Source: the human T2T-CHM13v2.0 reference genome, Homo sapiens
Reading direction: 5' to 3' (one strand)
DNA: 64,000 bases
NCBI RefSeq assembly: GCF_009914755.1
Contig: NC_060941.1
This document shows, piece by piece, positions 1 through 23,751 of this stretch (within the stretch, counting starts at the first letter, position 1; each line of letters begins with the position of its first letter). A model generated the notes under the pieces. It saw nothing but the letters and a program-made list of their open reading frames with translations. It ran no database searches and was not told the DNA's origin. The position numbers were made by a program, and so were the translations under genes.

Positions 1-90
1 TCAATGCAATGAGCCCTACACCAGCAACTTTAAGGCTGAGGCAGAGAAATGTAACTGTTAGAGCCACACCACCTGGTCAGCTTTTTTTAA

Positions 91-100
91 GTGTGTGTGC

Positions 101-131
<31 letters not shown>
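91..131. repeat. (TG)n microsatellite, imperfect
   Basis: gtgtgtgtgcgtgtgtgtgtgtttgtgtgt... Confidence 0.9.
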
Positions 132-140
132 CATGCACAT

Positions 141-584
141 TTTGTTTTTCCTTTTTGTGGAGCACTATATTCCCCAGGCAAATCTCAAACTCCTGGGCTC
201 AATCTATCCTCCTGCCTTTGCTTCCCTAAATGCTGGGATTACAGGTGTGAGTCCAGCAGCTTTTTTTCTTTTCTTTCTTCCTTTTTTTTTTTTTTTTTTG
301 AAACAGGGTCTTGCTCTGTTGCCCAGGCTGGAGTGTGATGGAGTGATTATGGCTCACTGCATCCTCCAACTCTCCAGCTCAGGCGATCCTCCCATCTCAG
401 CCTCCCAAGTGCAGGTACCTGGGACTACAGGCACACACCACCACACCCAACTAATTGTTAATTTTTTTGTAGAGACGAAGTCTCCTTATGTTGCCCTGGC
501 TGGGCAACTCCTGGGCTCAAGCAATCCTCCTGCCTCGGCCTCCCAAAGTGCTGGGATTACAGGCACGAGCCACTGCGCCCAGCC
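141..584 (-). mobile_element. Alu elements (left-arm fragment plus full-length AluJ-like)
   Basis: Antisense Alu consensus with T-tails. Confidence 0.85.
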
Positions 585-904
585 TTGGTGAGCTTTCTGA
601 ACTCAAAGCTGAGTAGAGACCTGAAGTAACTATCAGGACAATATGGGTCAATAAAACTCATCCTCCTACTTCCATTCGTGTCTGAGTTAAAACAGTATCT
701 TCCACTTAAGTGCTCATTTCTCAAGTTTTGATTTTAAATATAAAAACAGCCTAAAGGTGCTTACTGTGTTTACTTCTTTTATATTTCAACTATCTGATTT
801 TTTAGCAGTGTCTAGGGACAAAAACTAGCATTTCTCTGAGACCATCACATCCCCAATCTGACTGCTATGTGAATGGTTTGTTGGGTGCCTGGAATGGCTT
901 GTTT

Positions 905-1702
<798 letters not shown>

Positions 1703-2370
1703 TCACAGCGAACTTTGTTCAAAAGTCACATTAACACTTAAATGCCTTAACCCGGACTGAAAGCCCGGGCTTAGGACACAGGGCAGTTCTCCCTCAAAAA
1801 GGGGTCTCCCAGCAACACCCAATCCACAAGTTGCTCCTCGCCCTCCCCAAACCGGTACAAGATATATCAGTCTCTGGGCAGCTCCAACGGATTCTGAAGC
1901 TACGGGAGGGACTAAGGAACAAATATGAAATGTCGGACAAATGAAATGTGCGCAACAGCTAGGTTTTGGAGGATAAGCCAGTTGCTGAGCGACTTCTCAA
2001 ATCTTCCAAGTGCCTCCAACACCTCTCCCACCCGGTAGGGCTGCGCTCTTTAGCTCTTTCAACCTTCGACGACCGGCCTCTCCGCTGCCCTATCAGCAAA
2101 TCATCGGGCCGGTGCCTGCCAGTCCGGGCCAATCCCGAACACATTTACTTTGAGCGGGAAAAGCTCAGAAGCTGCGAGAGAGCGTGGTCCGCTAACCGCC
2201 CCTTCCTCTCCTTGTGTCTGGGCGGGTAACGGAGCCTGGAGTGGTCGCCCATTGGATGGGCATCGGACCAATGGCGGGCTGCGAAACGGGAGGGGCGGGC
2301 CTCACAGCGGGGCGGGGCGCGCCTGTGCCGTGTCGCGTGCCGAGCCGCGAGCCCCAGGCAGGCCAGGTAA

Positions 2371-2721
<351 letters not shown>

Positions 2722-3042
2722 TAGACGGGGCGGCAGAGGCGGGTCGTCGGTGGGGAGGCCGAACGGGGCGGGCGGGCGGGGGGCGCGGCGCGGGCTGACT
2801 GGACGGGCCGGACGGAGCGCGGGTCGCCGCGATTCCCGGGAGGCAGCCGTCGCGCTGAGGCGGTGGCCGGGGAGGGGCGCCCCTCGGGGTCAGCACTCAC
2901 GGGGCCCGAGGGGAGAGTGAGAATCCCGAGGCTGGAAGCGCGGGCCCCCACATTCGTGTCCTCTGAGAGGGTTCGGAATTGAGCCGAACAGCCGAGGTAG
3001 AACAGGTGTCGGGCCGTTTCAGCTCCGGCGTCACCCTCGTGA

Positions 3043-3219
<177 letters not shown>

Positions 3220-3330
3220 TAGTAAACTCTGCCTCTGTTAGACGATTTATTCTCAAATGGATTTACTCGAGCCACCGATTCATAGGTGTTTAATGGCTCC
3301 ACAGTTAAGGAAGAGAAAACCAGGGAAAAC

Positions 3331-4402
<1,072 letters not shown>

Positions 4403-4461
4403 TACAATCTTTTAAATACAGTGTTTGCAGAATACATACTTTGCTTTGAAAATAAGTTAAG

Positions 4462-4770
4462 GGCCGGGCGCCATGGCTCGTGCCTGTAATCCCAGCACTC
4501 TGGGGGGCTGAGGCGGGTGGATCACCTGAGTTCGGGAGTTCAAGACCAGCCTGGCCAACATGGCGAAACCCCATCTCTACTAAAAATACAAAAATCAGCC
4601 GGGTGTGGGGGCAGGCACCTGTAATCCCAGCTACTTGGGAGACTGAGGCAGGAGAATCTTAAACCAGGGAGGTGGAGGTTGCAGTGAGCCAAGATCATGC
4701 CACTGCACTCCAGCCTGGGTGACAGAGTGAGACTCCCTCTCAAAAAAAAAAAAAAAAGAAAAAAGAAAAC
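4462..4770 (+). mobile_element. Alu (AluS-like)
   Basis: ggccgggcg...ctcaaaaaaa. Confidence 0.92.
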
Positions 4771-6133
4771 AAATTGAAGAATAAGATTTTTCATTGATTC
4801 GTTTCCATCTTGTCCTTAGCATAACATAATTCCAGAAATGTAAGAAAATCCATTATTTAGTAAGATTAAAATATGTTTTTTTTCGTTCAGGCATTTATTG
4901 CAAGTTGGTACAAACATATTTTTGATAATTTAAAGGTGAAAATTTCACTTTACTCCTTTATTTTCTGGTTTTAACAATGTCTTAAATTATATGCTACCAC
5001 TTACCTCACCAAGACATTTAGATTTATTAATCAAAGGAAATAAAGCTTGGGTAATGTAAGTAATTTTCATTTGAAATTATTTAACCAGGACATCAATGTT
5101 GATATTGTTGTACTTTGAATTATAACAATATCTAGAAATAAATTATTTTATTTAATCCACACTAAGAATCTTGTATATTATTATGCCACTGTACAGATTG
5201 AGAAACTGAGCCTCAGAGAGCTTGATTTGTGCCCTAAATGACAAAGCTCAAGTGGAACCCAGACCATAGTTCCACTGCTCTCTGCAGTGTTTACATCCGG
5301 ACTAAAATTTATTTGGATTTAATTTCAGTTCACTGTTTTAAGTATGTTAAGGATATAAGTGATACATTTTAAAGTTAATCCAGTTAATATGCCCACTCAA
5401 ATATTTGCATATTTCCTGGCCTCTGTTAACGAAAGGGATGCAGATATTTCAAGTATGATTGTTTGAATCCACCACATTACTTTAGTTGTTTTAACCCAAG
5501 AATACAAAAGTTAAGTCAGTCCTTTAAAAGGATTTTATTTGTAATATTCAAAATGTATTTTAAAATGTAAAATGTACTTGAAAGAATACTCCCAAAATAT
5601 TTTCAATTTCCAATACTGTTTATTCATTTGACATTACATAATCTGAAAATGTTCCTTTTGTTTAAGCAACTATTTCAAAAAGATGAACAATTATTTATGT
5701 CACTTTGGATACTTCACACATAAGAGTGGGCCTATGATGATAACTTTAGAACTCAAAGGATAAAATTAGGAAAGAAAGATAAAAAGCCTTTGTAAAAGTT
5801 GCTGCTAACCAACAAATTCTGGAAAGGTAGTTTTTAGTTTTAGCTCTCAGCAAAATCCCTTCTGTGTTTCCATTTCCTCAACTTGAGAATAGTCATAATA
5901 TAAACTATAAACAGAAAAATTATAATGTGTGGGTTTTAAATAGAATCATAACCAGAACTTAAACAAATGGTTGTAAAATATTTTGAGATTCTTGAAGATG
6001 GATGATTGGAAGGTATTTCTTAATGTTCACATTTTGTTGGTATCATATAACGTTGTATAGTTTAAATGTTTTTCAGTGATCATATCTATTAGGAACAAAA
6101 ATTTAGAAATATTAACAGAATAAAAGCAATTAG

Positions 6134-7805
<1,672 letters not shown>

Positions 7806-7906
7806 TTATATATAATGTATTAAAAATAACATTGCTAGTATCCACATAATGCTTATCTATTCAAAAAATTACAAAAAAACTACAATAATTATAGGTATTT
7901 TATACC

Positions 7907-8116
7907 ACAGACCAGCAACAAGGAGCCAGAGCTGCCCGATACCTGTTTTGTAAATAAAGTTTTATTGCAATGCAGCCAAACCCATTTGTTTATTGTCTAT
8001 GGTTGATTTAGTGCTGCAGCATTAGAGTTGAAGAGTTTTGACAGCAACCTTAATGGCCAGCTAAGCCTAAAATATTTACTATTTGGCCTTTTGCAGAACA
8101 AGTTTGCCAATCCCTG
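7907..8116. mobile_element. MER58A-like hAT-Charlie MITE
   Basis: cctgttttgtaaataaagttttattg...aaaatatttactatttggccttt...gtttgccaatccctg. Confidence 0.7.
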
Positions 8117-8256
8117 GTATAAAGCAAGCTTAAGTCACTAAGTCTGCATTTGAATGTAATTCTCCCAACTCTTACATCTGTGTTATTTCCGCTTTCTTAT
8201 TTTTCTCATATTCTACAACAAATGAAGTTTTGATGTGTCTGATAAACATTTCTTAA

Positions 8257-8421
<165 letters not shown>

Positions 8422-8599
8422 TAAATTAATTCATTTCTCAAGGTAATTGAGGTATTTTTAAATTTAATTACATAGGAACTGAGGTTATTTGCTCTCTGTT
8501 CCCTACATTATCATTTTACTATTGTGGCATTTTGTGTTTTTCAAACTTTTAGGAAAGTGTAAACTGGGCAGTTATTTGTGTATAGTTTTTACGGTGTTT

Positions 8600-8912
8600 T
8601 GCTTTGTTTTGTTTTGTTGAGACAGGGTCTCGCTCTGTCACCCAGTCTGGAGTGCAGTGGCGAGATCATGGCTCACTACAACTTTGAACTCCTGGGCTCA
8701 AGCCATACTCCTGCCTCAGCCTCCACAGTAGCTGGGACTACAGGTATGCACCACGGTGGTCAGCTAACTTTAAAAAAATTTGTTGCCTTTTCTTTTTAAG
8801 AAACGAGGTCTCACTTTGTTGCCTAGGCTGGTCTTGAACTCCTGGCCTCAAACCATCCTCCCACCTTGGCCTCCCAAAGTGCTGGAATTACAGACATGAG
8901 CCTCTGCCCAGC
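8600..8912 (-). mobile_element. Alu (AluJ-like)
   Basis: Antisense Alu consensus. Confidence 0.88.
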
Positions 8913-9217
8913 TAGGTTATTACTTAAAAAAATTCATTAGTGGGAACATTTAGTGCATAAATCTTAAGTTCTTCTTTCTAAAGATGACTTATATGAATGA
9001 GTTAAAACTTTTAGATGTTTTTGTCATCCAGTTCTAAATTTTCCATTTTTTTCCTTCACAACTCTACAACAAACAGGGTTTTATCAAACATAAGATATTT
9101 TAAATTATTTTTCTGTTCAATTCCACAAATAATAAGGGCCCCCTGTACATCAGATGCTTTTCTATGGGGGATACCAGAATTTAAACATGGCAAATATTAT
9201 CCTTGCCTTTATAATCT

Positions 9218-9218
<1 letters not shown>

Positions 9219-9257
<39 letters not shown>
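9219..9257. repeat. (GAT)13 microsatellite in MEIOC intron 3
   Basis: Perfect trinucleotide run followed by GAC GAT. Confidence 0.95.
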
Positions 9258-9259
<2 letters not shown>

Positions 9260-9530
9260 CGATAACTAGGATATTATGGGAGCCTATTGCAAAGAGGAGC
9301 CCTAAGGGAGTGACATCTATCTTTAATTATATATGGGAGCTATTTATAGAGGCTGATGCCTCATTAGTCTAACCAGGAAATAGTTATTTGTATTTATTAG
9401 AAAAGTGTTAAAAAATTAAAATTCTTGGCAAATTCTCTAAAATAATTTTATTAGAAAGTCTACGTAATACATAATTCTACAAAAAACAAAAATATTTTTA
9501 AAGTTGATACATGCTATTGAAAAAATTCAA

Positions 9531-9561
9531 GCCTATTCTCGCTTTTGGCTAAGATCAAGTG
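9531..9561 (+). pseudogene. 3'-truncated U2 snRNA retrocopy
   Basis: CTTTTGGCTAAGATCAAGTG (9542-9561) = U2 nt 14-33; flanked by a 13-bp direct repeat TGAAAAAATTCAA (9518-9530, 9560-9572). Confidence 0.85.
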
Positions 9562-10040
9562 AAAAAATTCAAACTTTTCAGAAATATATATCAAGAAAAG
9601 TGAAAGTCTGTCTTAACCTTCTCCCCCCGCCACCCAATAACAGCTGCTAGCAGTTTGGTATATATTACATTGAATTTTTTTTAGATATATACTAATACAT
9701 AATTACACAAAAAAGCTTTTATATTGAACTTTTATGAGATAACACATGTAGTAGAAAAGGTATTGGACTTACAGGGAGACTATTTAGCAAGTATGTAGTA
9801 GTTTGGCAAGTCATATACCCTTGCAAAATACAAGTTTCTTAATATCTCAAATGATCATTCATTTATTCAACAGATAATAACGAATGATTACTAATGCTTA
9901 CCTTTCCAATGTTATGAAGATCAATTAAATATGAGTGTTATGCAAATATAAGGTATTTTATTTCAAAAATATCCCAACACTATGAAATGTTGAAATATGA
10001 AAAAACCGGAAGTTACAATTTATTATAAAACAATGTACAG

Positions 10041-10616
<576 letters not shown>

Positions 10617-11270
10617 TATTACTTCAAGGAAGAAATTACCCAAAAACTGTAACAGGTAAAAGGTACCAATCTTCCACGTGCTTGTGGTTTTTACATTTTG
10701 TATTTAGTCAGTATCAGTCACTAGGTGGATTTCTGGGATAAAAGGAACTCCATCCAGTCATGCTTTGCAAGCATTAGGGATGGCTCCCAAATCTGTTACA
10801 TTTAAGCGACAACTGCAAAATTGCTGTGGTGTCTAGGATGACCATATCGCATTTCACTTTTTTATCCAATATTAATATAGAGTCACAAAAATAGAATAGA
10901 GCATCAGGTTCATATGGTTTTCAAATTGCAAATGAGGAAGCTGAGCAGGTGTTGATGGAATAATGTATAATAAGACAAGACTTGCTTTCAGGAGCAGCTA
11001 TGATACCAAGCATGTCTGTGACATCATAGATGACAGATTTATATCTTGGTCACCTAAAATGAAAACCATGTGTTGTGGAGAAATAAGAGGTAAGCATGCA
11101 CTGTAAGTCAGATATAGGATTTGAAATGAAGGAGAAATATTTATGTGGAAAAGACATTTCCACATAAAAATATTTATGTAGAAAAGAAAATATTCTTGAG
11201 TTCTAGTCTCTTCTTTATTTGAAATGATGGTGTAGATTCAGTCCACATATTTTATAGATAAAGATGGTAA

Positions 11271-11465
<195 letters not shown>

Positions 11466-12304
11466 TAACAGGCTTTTAAACTAACATACACTAGTTTACC
11501 CTGTTTATTAACTTTTATTTTTACTTAATAGTGGATCATCTGACAGTAGGTATCTTAATTCAAATATTGTTTCAAGGAGACTTGATTTTGCTGAAGTATT
11601 TGCTATATAATTGGAAGTTCAGTCTAAGGTTTTGTATAAGGACTTTCATTGAAAAATTATTCTTGCATAATTCAGAGCTATTTCCCTTGAGTTCATGAAC
11701 TAAAGATTGGCTTAAATAATATAAATTCAAAGGAACTTTTATACATAGATCCCAAAGAATAAAACTCATTACTACTATGCAGAAATACATATGGATTTTA
11801 CTCATGTGTTAGAAAATTTTGTAATGTTTCAATTGTTTTATTGAAGTGTGGAAGCTATATTACCCAAATATACTATTTCATAAATAGGGAAGTATGTAGC
11901 ACACATATAACCAATTAAAATATTTTAATTTCACAAAGTTTAAGCAAAACACATTTTTTTCATTAAAAAAAACTGTGGTCAACAATGCTTTTATGTAATA
12001 ACCTAAGCAAAGGAAAAACTTATTTTCTGCTTACTATAGATAAATAATTCATCTAAGACCATGAAGTCACATATTAGGCCTTAGTTATTGTCTCTTGGGA
12101 AAGTACAGCGAAGACATTAAAATGCATATTTATGTAACATACAGCACATTTCATGTGACAGATAATTATCTGGAGCTAATGGTAGCTTATAAAGCAGAGT
12201 TGAAAGGGATTAGAGAATGGTGACATGGGGCAAGATAAATGTTTTTGAAGACCTTTTCTCCCTTTTCCACTGAAGAAATAAAGTCTTTAAAACCTAAGTT
12301 GTAA

Positions 12305-14197
<1,893 letters not shown>

Positions 14198-14289
14198 TAA
14201 CCACTTAGGAATAACAGTATGTTCCTTTTGCCTGTCTTCATTCTGTTTACCTTAGTGTAGTGTAAGAGTACTTGCCTTATTTCTTTTTG

Positions 14290-18243
<3,954 letters not shown>

Positions 18244-19282
18244 AATTTGCACATTTCTTTACTCTTTATCATTTGCTCAAAATTATTGTCTTATTTAAAA
18301 ATAATTAGTAGTTCCCTGGAGGTTTTTTTGTGTGTGTTTTGTTTTCCCCTGAAGGATCTGGCTGATACACAGTTGAGAGGAAAATATTTAACATACGGAA
18401 TAGACTTATTATGAAGAAACTTAATACGAGTTTGAGGTTAGAGAAACATTAATTCCAGTGCCATTGGTTTCTTGAGAAGCTTTTTCCCCCTATATTCTCC
18501 AATCAGTGAACACCAAGTTCTGCTATCAATTGTTAAATCATTTAACTCCCAAAGACAATTACTGTATTTACTTGATCTTCAAATTGCAATTATTCAAAAA
18601 GTTCTCTTTCCATATACTTTCCAAGTTTAGAATTTGAAACAAGTTAGGCATATGAAACATACTCCCCCTACTGACCTAATATATCAGTGCCCTTTTTTAA
18701 GTTTCATCATCCAGAGGATTGAGAAGCATCCTAATTTTCTTTAGCAGTTTTGACAGTTACAGGAGTCATTTTGTATTGTTTTAATGTAAATTTAAATCAG
18801 TATTTTCTGTATTATGGATTCCTTAAAGCTATCACTAGTCAGTATTACTATCTGAATATTTCTGATTTCCAAAAAGGGAACATTGGAGGCCCAGAAAAAT
18901 TAAAGACTTGTTGAGGTCAGGATTAATCAGTCAAGTACTTCTCTTTTTAGCTCAAAACTTTTTCCATTAGATTACAATACTTCCTAACAATGCTGTTTGC
19001 AGGCTGGTCTCTTATTTGTCAAAAACAGTATCAGATCTTGTATTTGCAGTTAATGACATGGTAATGTTTGAATATTTAACATTTTCATTGATGCTTATTT
19101 TCAGTAATCAACTACCACATATTTTTAGAATTAACATAGACAAGTAGATAGAAAACACTTTCCATTTTTGTTTCCCCCAGCATGGTGTCAGGACACAGTA
19201 AGCATTCTTTGATTTATTGAATGAATATTATTGCTGTCATCTCTATTCTGCTTCACTGAAGATTTGTTTTTACTTAAGTTAA

Positions 19283-19543
<261 letters not shown>

Positions 19544-19903
19544 TGATAATTTAGGTATTGATAAAATCAGATTCTGAGGTTGAAAGATTAGATTTCTAAA
19601 ATTAACACTTACCTACAGAATAAATTGGTAAATAATCTCCACATTATTTACTCCAAAAGTATTTCCATTTTATTAATTTTGTCTGTTATAACTGTTTCAA
19701 GACAGTCTGTGTTCTACTCAAACTATAGTCACTATTGTACAAGTCAGAAATAAAGTATCAATACTTTTAAATATTTTAATGATAAAGGACAGGACTTTGG
19801 TTCAATCAATAACTATCCTTTTTTTACAAAAATAACATTTGATCATTTAGTAGCAAAAGCACTGGGTTTTGTAAGATTTAACAGATATTTAAATGGCATT
19901 TAA

Positions 19904-20155
<252 letters not shown>

Positions 20156-21020
20156 GGAAATGCCAGCAGAAAGAAGAATAAAAAGCTGATAAATATATCA
20201 AGACATGCTAAAAATGTTTTAATGAACTTGTCAAACTTTCAGTATGTTTTCTTTCAGATTTAAAGTTAATACCAGTACCTTAATGAAGTCTAACTTCTAT
20301 TTAAAAATCTTCTATTTGAAGTGAATCCGATATAGTTTTAAGTAAACGCAAAGGTACAGTTGACTACTCAGAGTTCTGAGTAGTCAGATAACAAGTTTAA
20401 GTAAATTAAATATTTCCTAACAGCTAAAATGTGCTTAAACTCATTCTGCCATGCAGGTAAATGCAAATGTGAAATTCTTCTAGGAGATAAATTTCATTTA
20501 GGTTTGTCTTAGTTAAGTATAATTCCAAATAATGAATCTAAGTGACTGTAACCCAATTACGGCTACAGCCTAGTAACCAAGACAAGTTTTGATTGTGATA
20601 TCAAAGTGTTTTCCTTACAAAACTGGATAATACCTGGGAAACAAAGGAAAATACGGATAAACCCAATATTCATGTACAAACTTAATATTTAAAATACTAT
20701 ACTACCATATTTATAAATTTGGAATCTTAATGCCTAGGTATATGGAGGGAAATGCATCTGATTCTCCTAAATTAATGATAAAAGTGTCAGTGTAAAAACC
20801 ATGCAAGTTACTGAATATAAAACCTATTCAGATCATTTGTGTATATTCTTTAAATTTTAATTATATTATCAATTGTTAAATGTTTCCAATTTTAAAGTTA
20901 TTTAAATTGAATCACAAAACATTCCCTTTATCTGGATCTTTTAGACTTGATGCACAGTAACTGAAATAATGACTACTGTTTTAATACCCTTAGTTTGCTG
21001 CCTTTTATGAGGGTGTCACG

Positions 21021-21219
21021 AAGTTCTAAAATGTATTTTTTTAAAGGTTAATCTCTAACTAGTTTAGCTTGCAATTGGTTAGTGTATATTTTGTGTAGTT
21101 GTGTTCATTAGTTTGCTTCTAAGTTCTAAAATGTATTTTTTAAAGGTTAATCTCTAACTAGTTTAGCTTGCAATTGGTTAGCCTATATTTTGCGTAGTTG
21201 TGTTCATTAGTTTGCTTCT
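21021..21219. repeat. Tandem duplication, 100 + 99 bp, in the MEIOC 3'UTR
   Basis: Copies at 21021-21120 and 21121-21219 differ by 3 substitutions and a 1-nt indel. Confidence 0.95.
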
Positions 21220-21737
21220 GTATTTTTTTAAAACTATTGAAAGCTTAACTTTTTCTGTTTCTCATCACTTAGTATCTTTGTATAGAACTTGAGTAATTTA
21301 TTCGTTAATATGAAATGTTGGTATTATGTGACTCAGAAGATCTTGGGTTTTAACATTTCTAGCATGAGTTAAACTATAATGTACTGATGAAATTTAATTG
21401 AAATATCCTTGACTAGAAACACTGATGTTTTAAATGTTAGTGTTTTTCTTAGTTTTAGAAATTCTGGTATTAAAAAAAAAAAGAGTGTAATCATACCACA
21501 TAAATTTTCTTTAGATGATGTGCAGAAGAAACTGATTGAGAATGCAAGAGTAACTGTAGGGAGAAACATTTTGATCACTGATATGCCTTAGAACTACCCA
21601 AATGAATTACATTGAGGGTAGTCAAATAAAATAGATCATCTCACCACAGTCACTGCATAGAAAGTGGTTAAGTTTAACATAAGACATGTTGGATGTTATA
21701 AAAACAAATACTGTACTGAATTTAGTCTCAGGAAAAA

Positions 21738-21743
21738 AATAAA
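21738..21743 (+). terminator. MEIOC: Probable main poly(A) signal of MEIOC
   Basis: AATAAA followed by T/GT-rich downstream sequence (tttggtttcatttttc). Confidence 0.55.
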
Positions 21744-22177
21744 TTACTTTGTTGAAAACATTTGGTTTCATTTTTCTAAATTCATATGTTTCTAACCTTA
21801 AGAGTCACTCATATCAGAAAGTCAAATGAATTTCATTTAAGAACTTATACTAAGTTTTAGATTTCATTATTAACGCACAAGTAATAATGTTGGTTTATAA
21901 ATCAATGCCATTCAGATATCCATGGATCTAACCAGATCTCCTTCAAAGATGAAATTTTTGCTCTATCTTTATGCTAATCCATGTAAACCAGAATAAAAAT
22001 TTTAGGGAAGCTTTTACATGATACTGGTCAGAAATGAAATACCAGTCCGTTAATAAGAACCAAACACTTAAAAAAATTCTTTGAAATATTGTTAATCATA
22101 TCACCCAATAGATAATTTTTAAATTAGTCGGTTGTCCCTTTCAGTGGCATATCCTCTAACAGATGGTTCTTATGTAC

Positions 22178-22238
22178 TTGTATTTCTGAATTACAACCTA
22201 TAAAACATTGTACTTCTGAATTACAACCTATGAAAACA
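22178..22238. repeat. ~30-bp tandem duplication
   Basis: ttgta(t/c)ttctgaattacaacctat(g)aaaaca x2. Confidence 0.9.
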
Positions 22239-22499
22239 TTATAAAACTTTTACAAAATTTGCAGTGAAACTGATAAAACTGATGCTCCCGCCATTTCTAA
22301 TCTGAAAGAACTTGGTGTACTCATTCTTTTTAATGGAAAAAGCAAAATTACCTTGAGTTGTTATCAGTGTCCTTCTCACTTGAATAATCTGCTACTATAA
22401 AGTTTTAGAGGGTTGAGAATTTATGACTGAAATCCAAAATCTGGCCTAAAACTCAATCTTACCATAGAAGATATGGTTGTTTAAAATTTGCCCTTTGCA

Positions 22500-22821
<322 letters not shown>

Positions 22822-23413
22822 TTAGACGTAAAGGATTTATTAGCACCTGAGTCAAGTGGATAACTAAACTCAAAGCCTAATGAGCTGATCCTCTATTTTC
22901 TGTTTAAGCATTAGTTTGAGAGTATACTTAACTGTGACATACATAGCAGAGTCCCAGAAGAAAGAACTGACTACTAACAAATTGAAACAAGTACCCTTCA
23001 GGGGACCGTGGATATAACCTGACTCCTTCAGTGACAAAAATCAAGGTGAGAACAACCCAAAATCCCAAAATAAGGATTACTAAATTAAAATAGGCTCTAT
23101 CATACCCTATCGCTACCACCACATAAAGGACTAAGACTGTAATAGTAAGGACCTCTAAGCCAATTTCCTGATGTTCCAAAAAACATGCTAATCTTTCTGA
23201 TCTAATTCCTACTTCACAAAAAGGAAAATTGAGAAAGAGGATTTATGGATTCCAGGAAGAGCTTCCACTAGTGGAATATAAGTTATAGGGCTAATCAAAA
23301 CAAAGCATAAAATAAAAATCAACACATTCCTAAGTAACTACTCACACATATTTCATTTCCATGGGTACGTAGAAGCAATCAAAATAAGTCAGAAGACAGC
23401 AATTTAAATAAGA

Positions 23414-23419
23414 TTTATT
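23414..23419 (-). terminator. CCDC43: Probable poly(A) signal of CCDC43
   Basis: TTTATT on + (AATAAA on -), about 1.4 kb past the stop codon. Confidence 0.6.
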
Positions 23420-23575
23420 TTTTTAAAGGTGGTTATTTTTATTTTTTGCAATGCCACAGTTATAGGAGTGTATGAAGAGGTAACATGTCTCCTTTTCCTT
23501 AACCATGTTTTTTTTTTTTTAACCTTCTGCACAAAGGTAAAAGTTTTTGTTAATCTCATAGTTAATGGTATAAAA

Positions 23576-23751
23576 CAGAGATTGGCAAACCTTTCCTCCA
23601 ACAGGCCAGGTAGTAAATATTTTAGATTTCACAGACCACATATTTTTTTCTTTTATAACTCTTTAAAAATGTAAAAATCATTTTTAGTTTGCACCATACA
23701 AAAACAGACTGGGCCAAATTCGGCCCGTGGGCAGTAGTTTGCCAACCCCTG
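23576..23751. mobile_element. MER58-family hAT MITE in the CCDC43 3'UTR
   Basis: TIRs cagagattggcaaac / gtttgccaacccctg; perfect 8-bp TSD GTATAAAA. Confidence 0.8.

Larger units (their letters stand above)
20156..21765 (+). other. MEIOC: MEIOC 3'UTR (approximate end)
   Basis: AU-rich, Alu-free sequence after the stop; AATAAA at 20177, 21625, 21738 and 21992. Confidence 0.65.

Noticed and set aside
9015-9372. Poly-Asp and poly-Met ORFs
   Set aside because: Artefacts of the intronic (GAT)13 repeat.
9531-9561. Functional U2 snRNA gene
   Set aside because: Only ~30 nt long; lacks the Sm site, 3' stem-loops and PSE/DSE context, and is flanked by TSDs.
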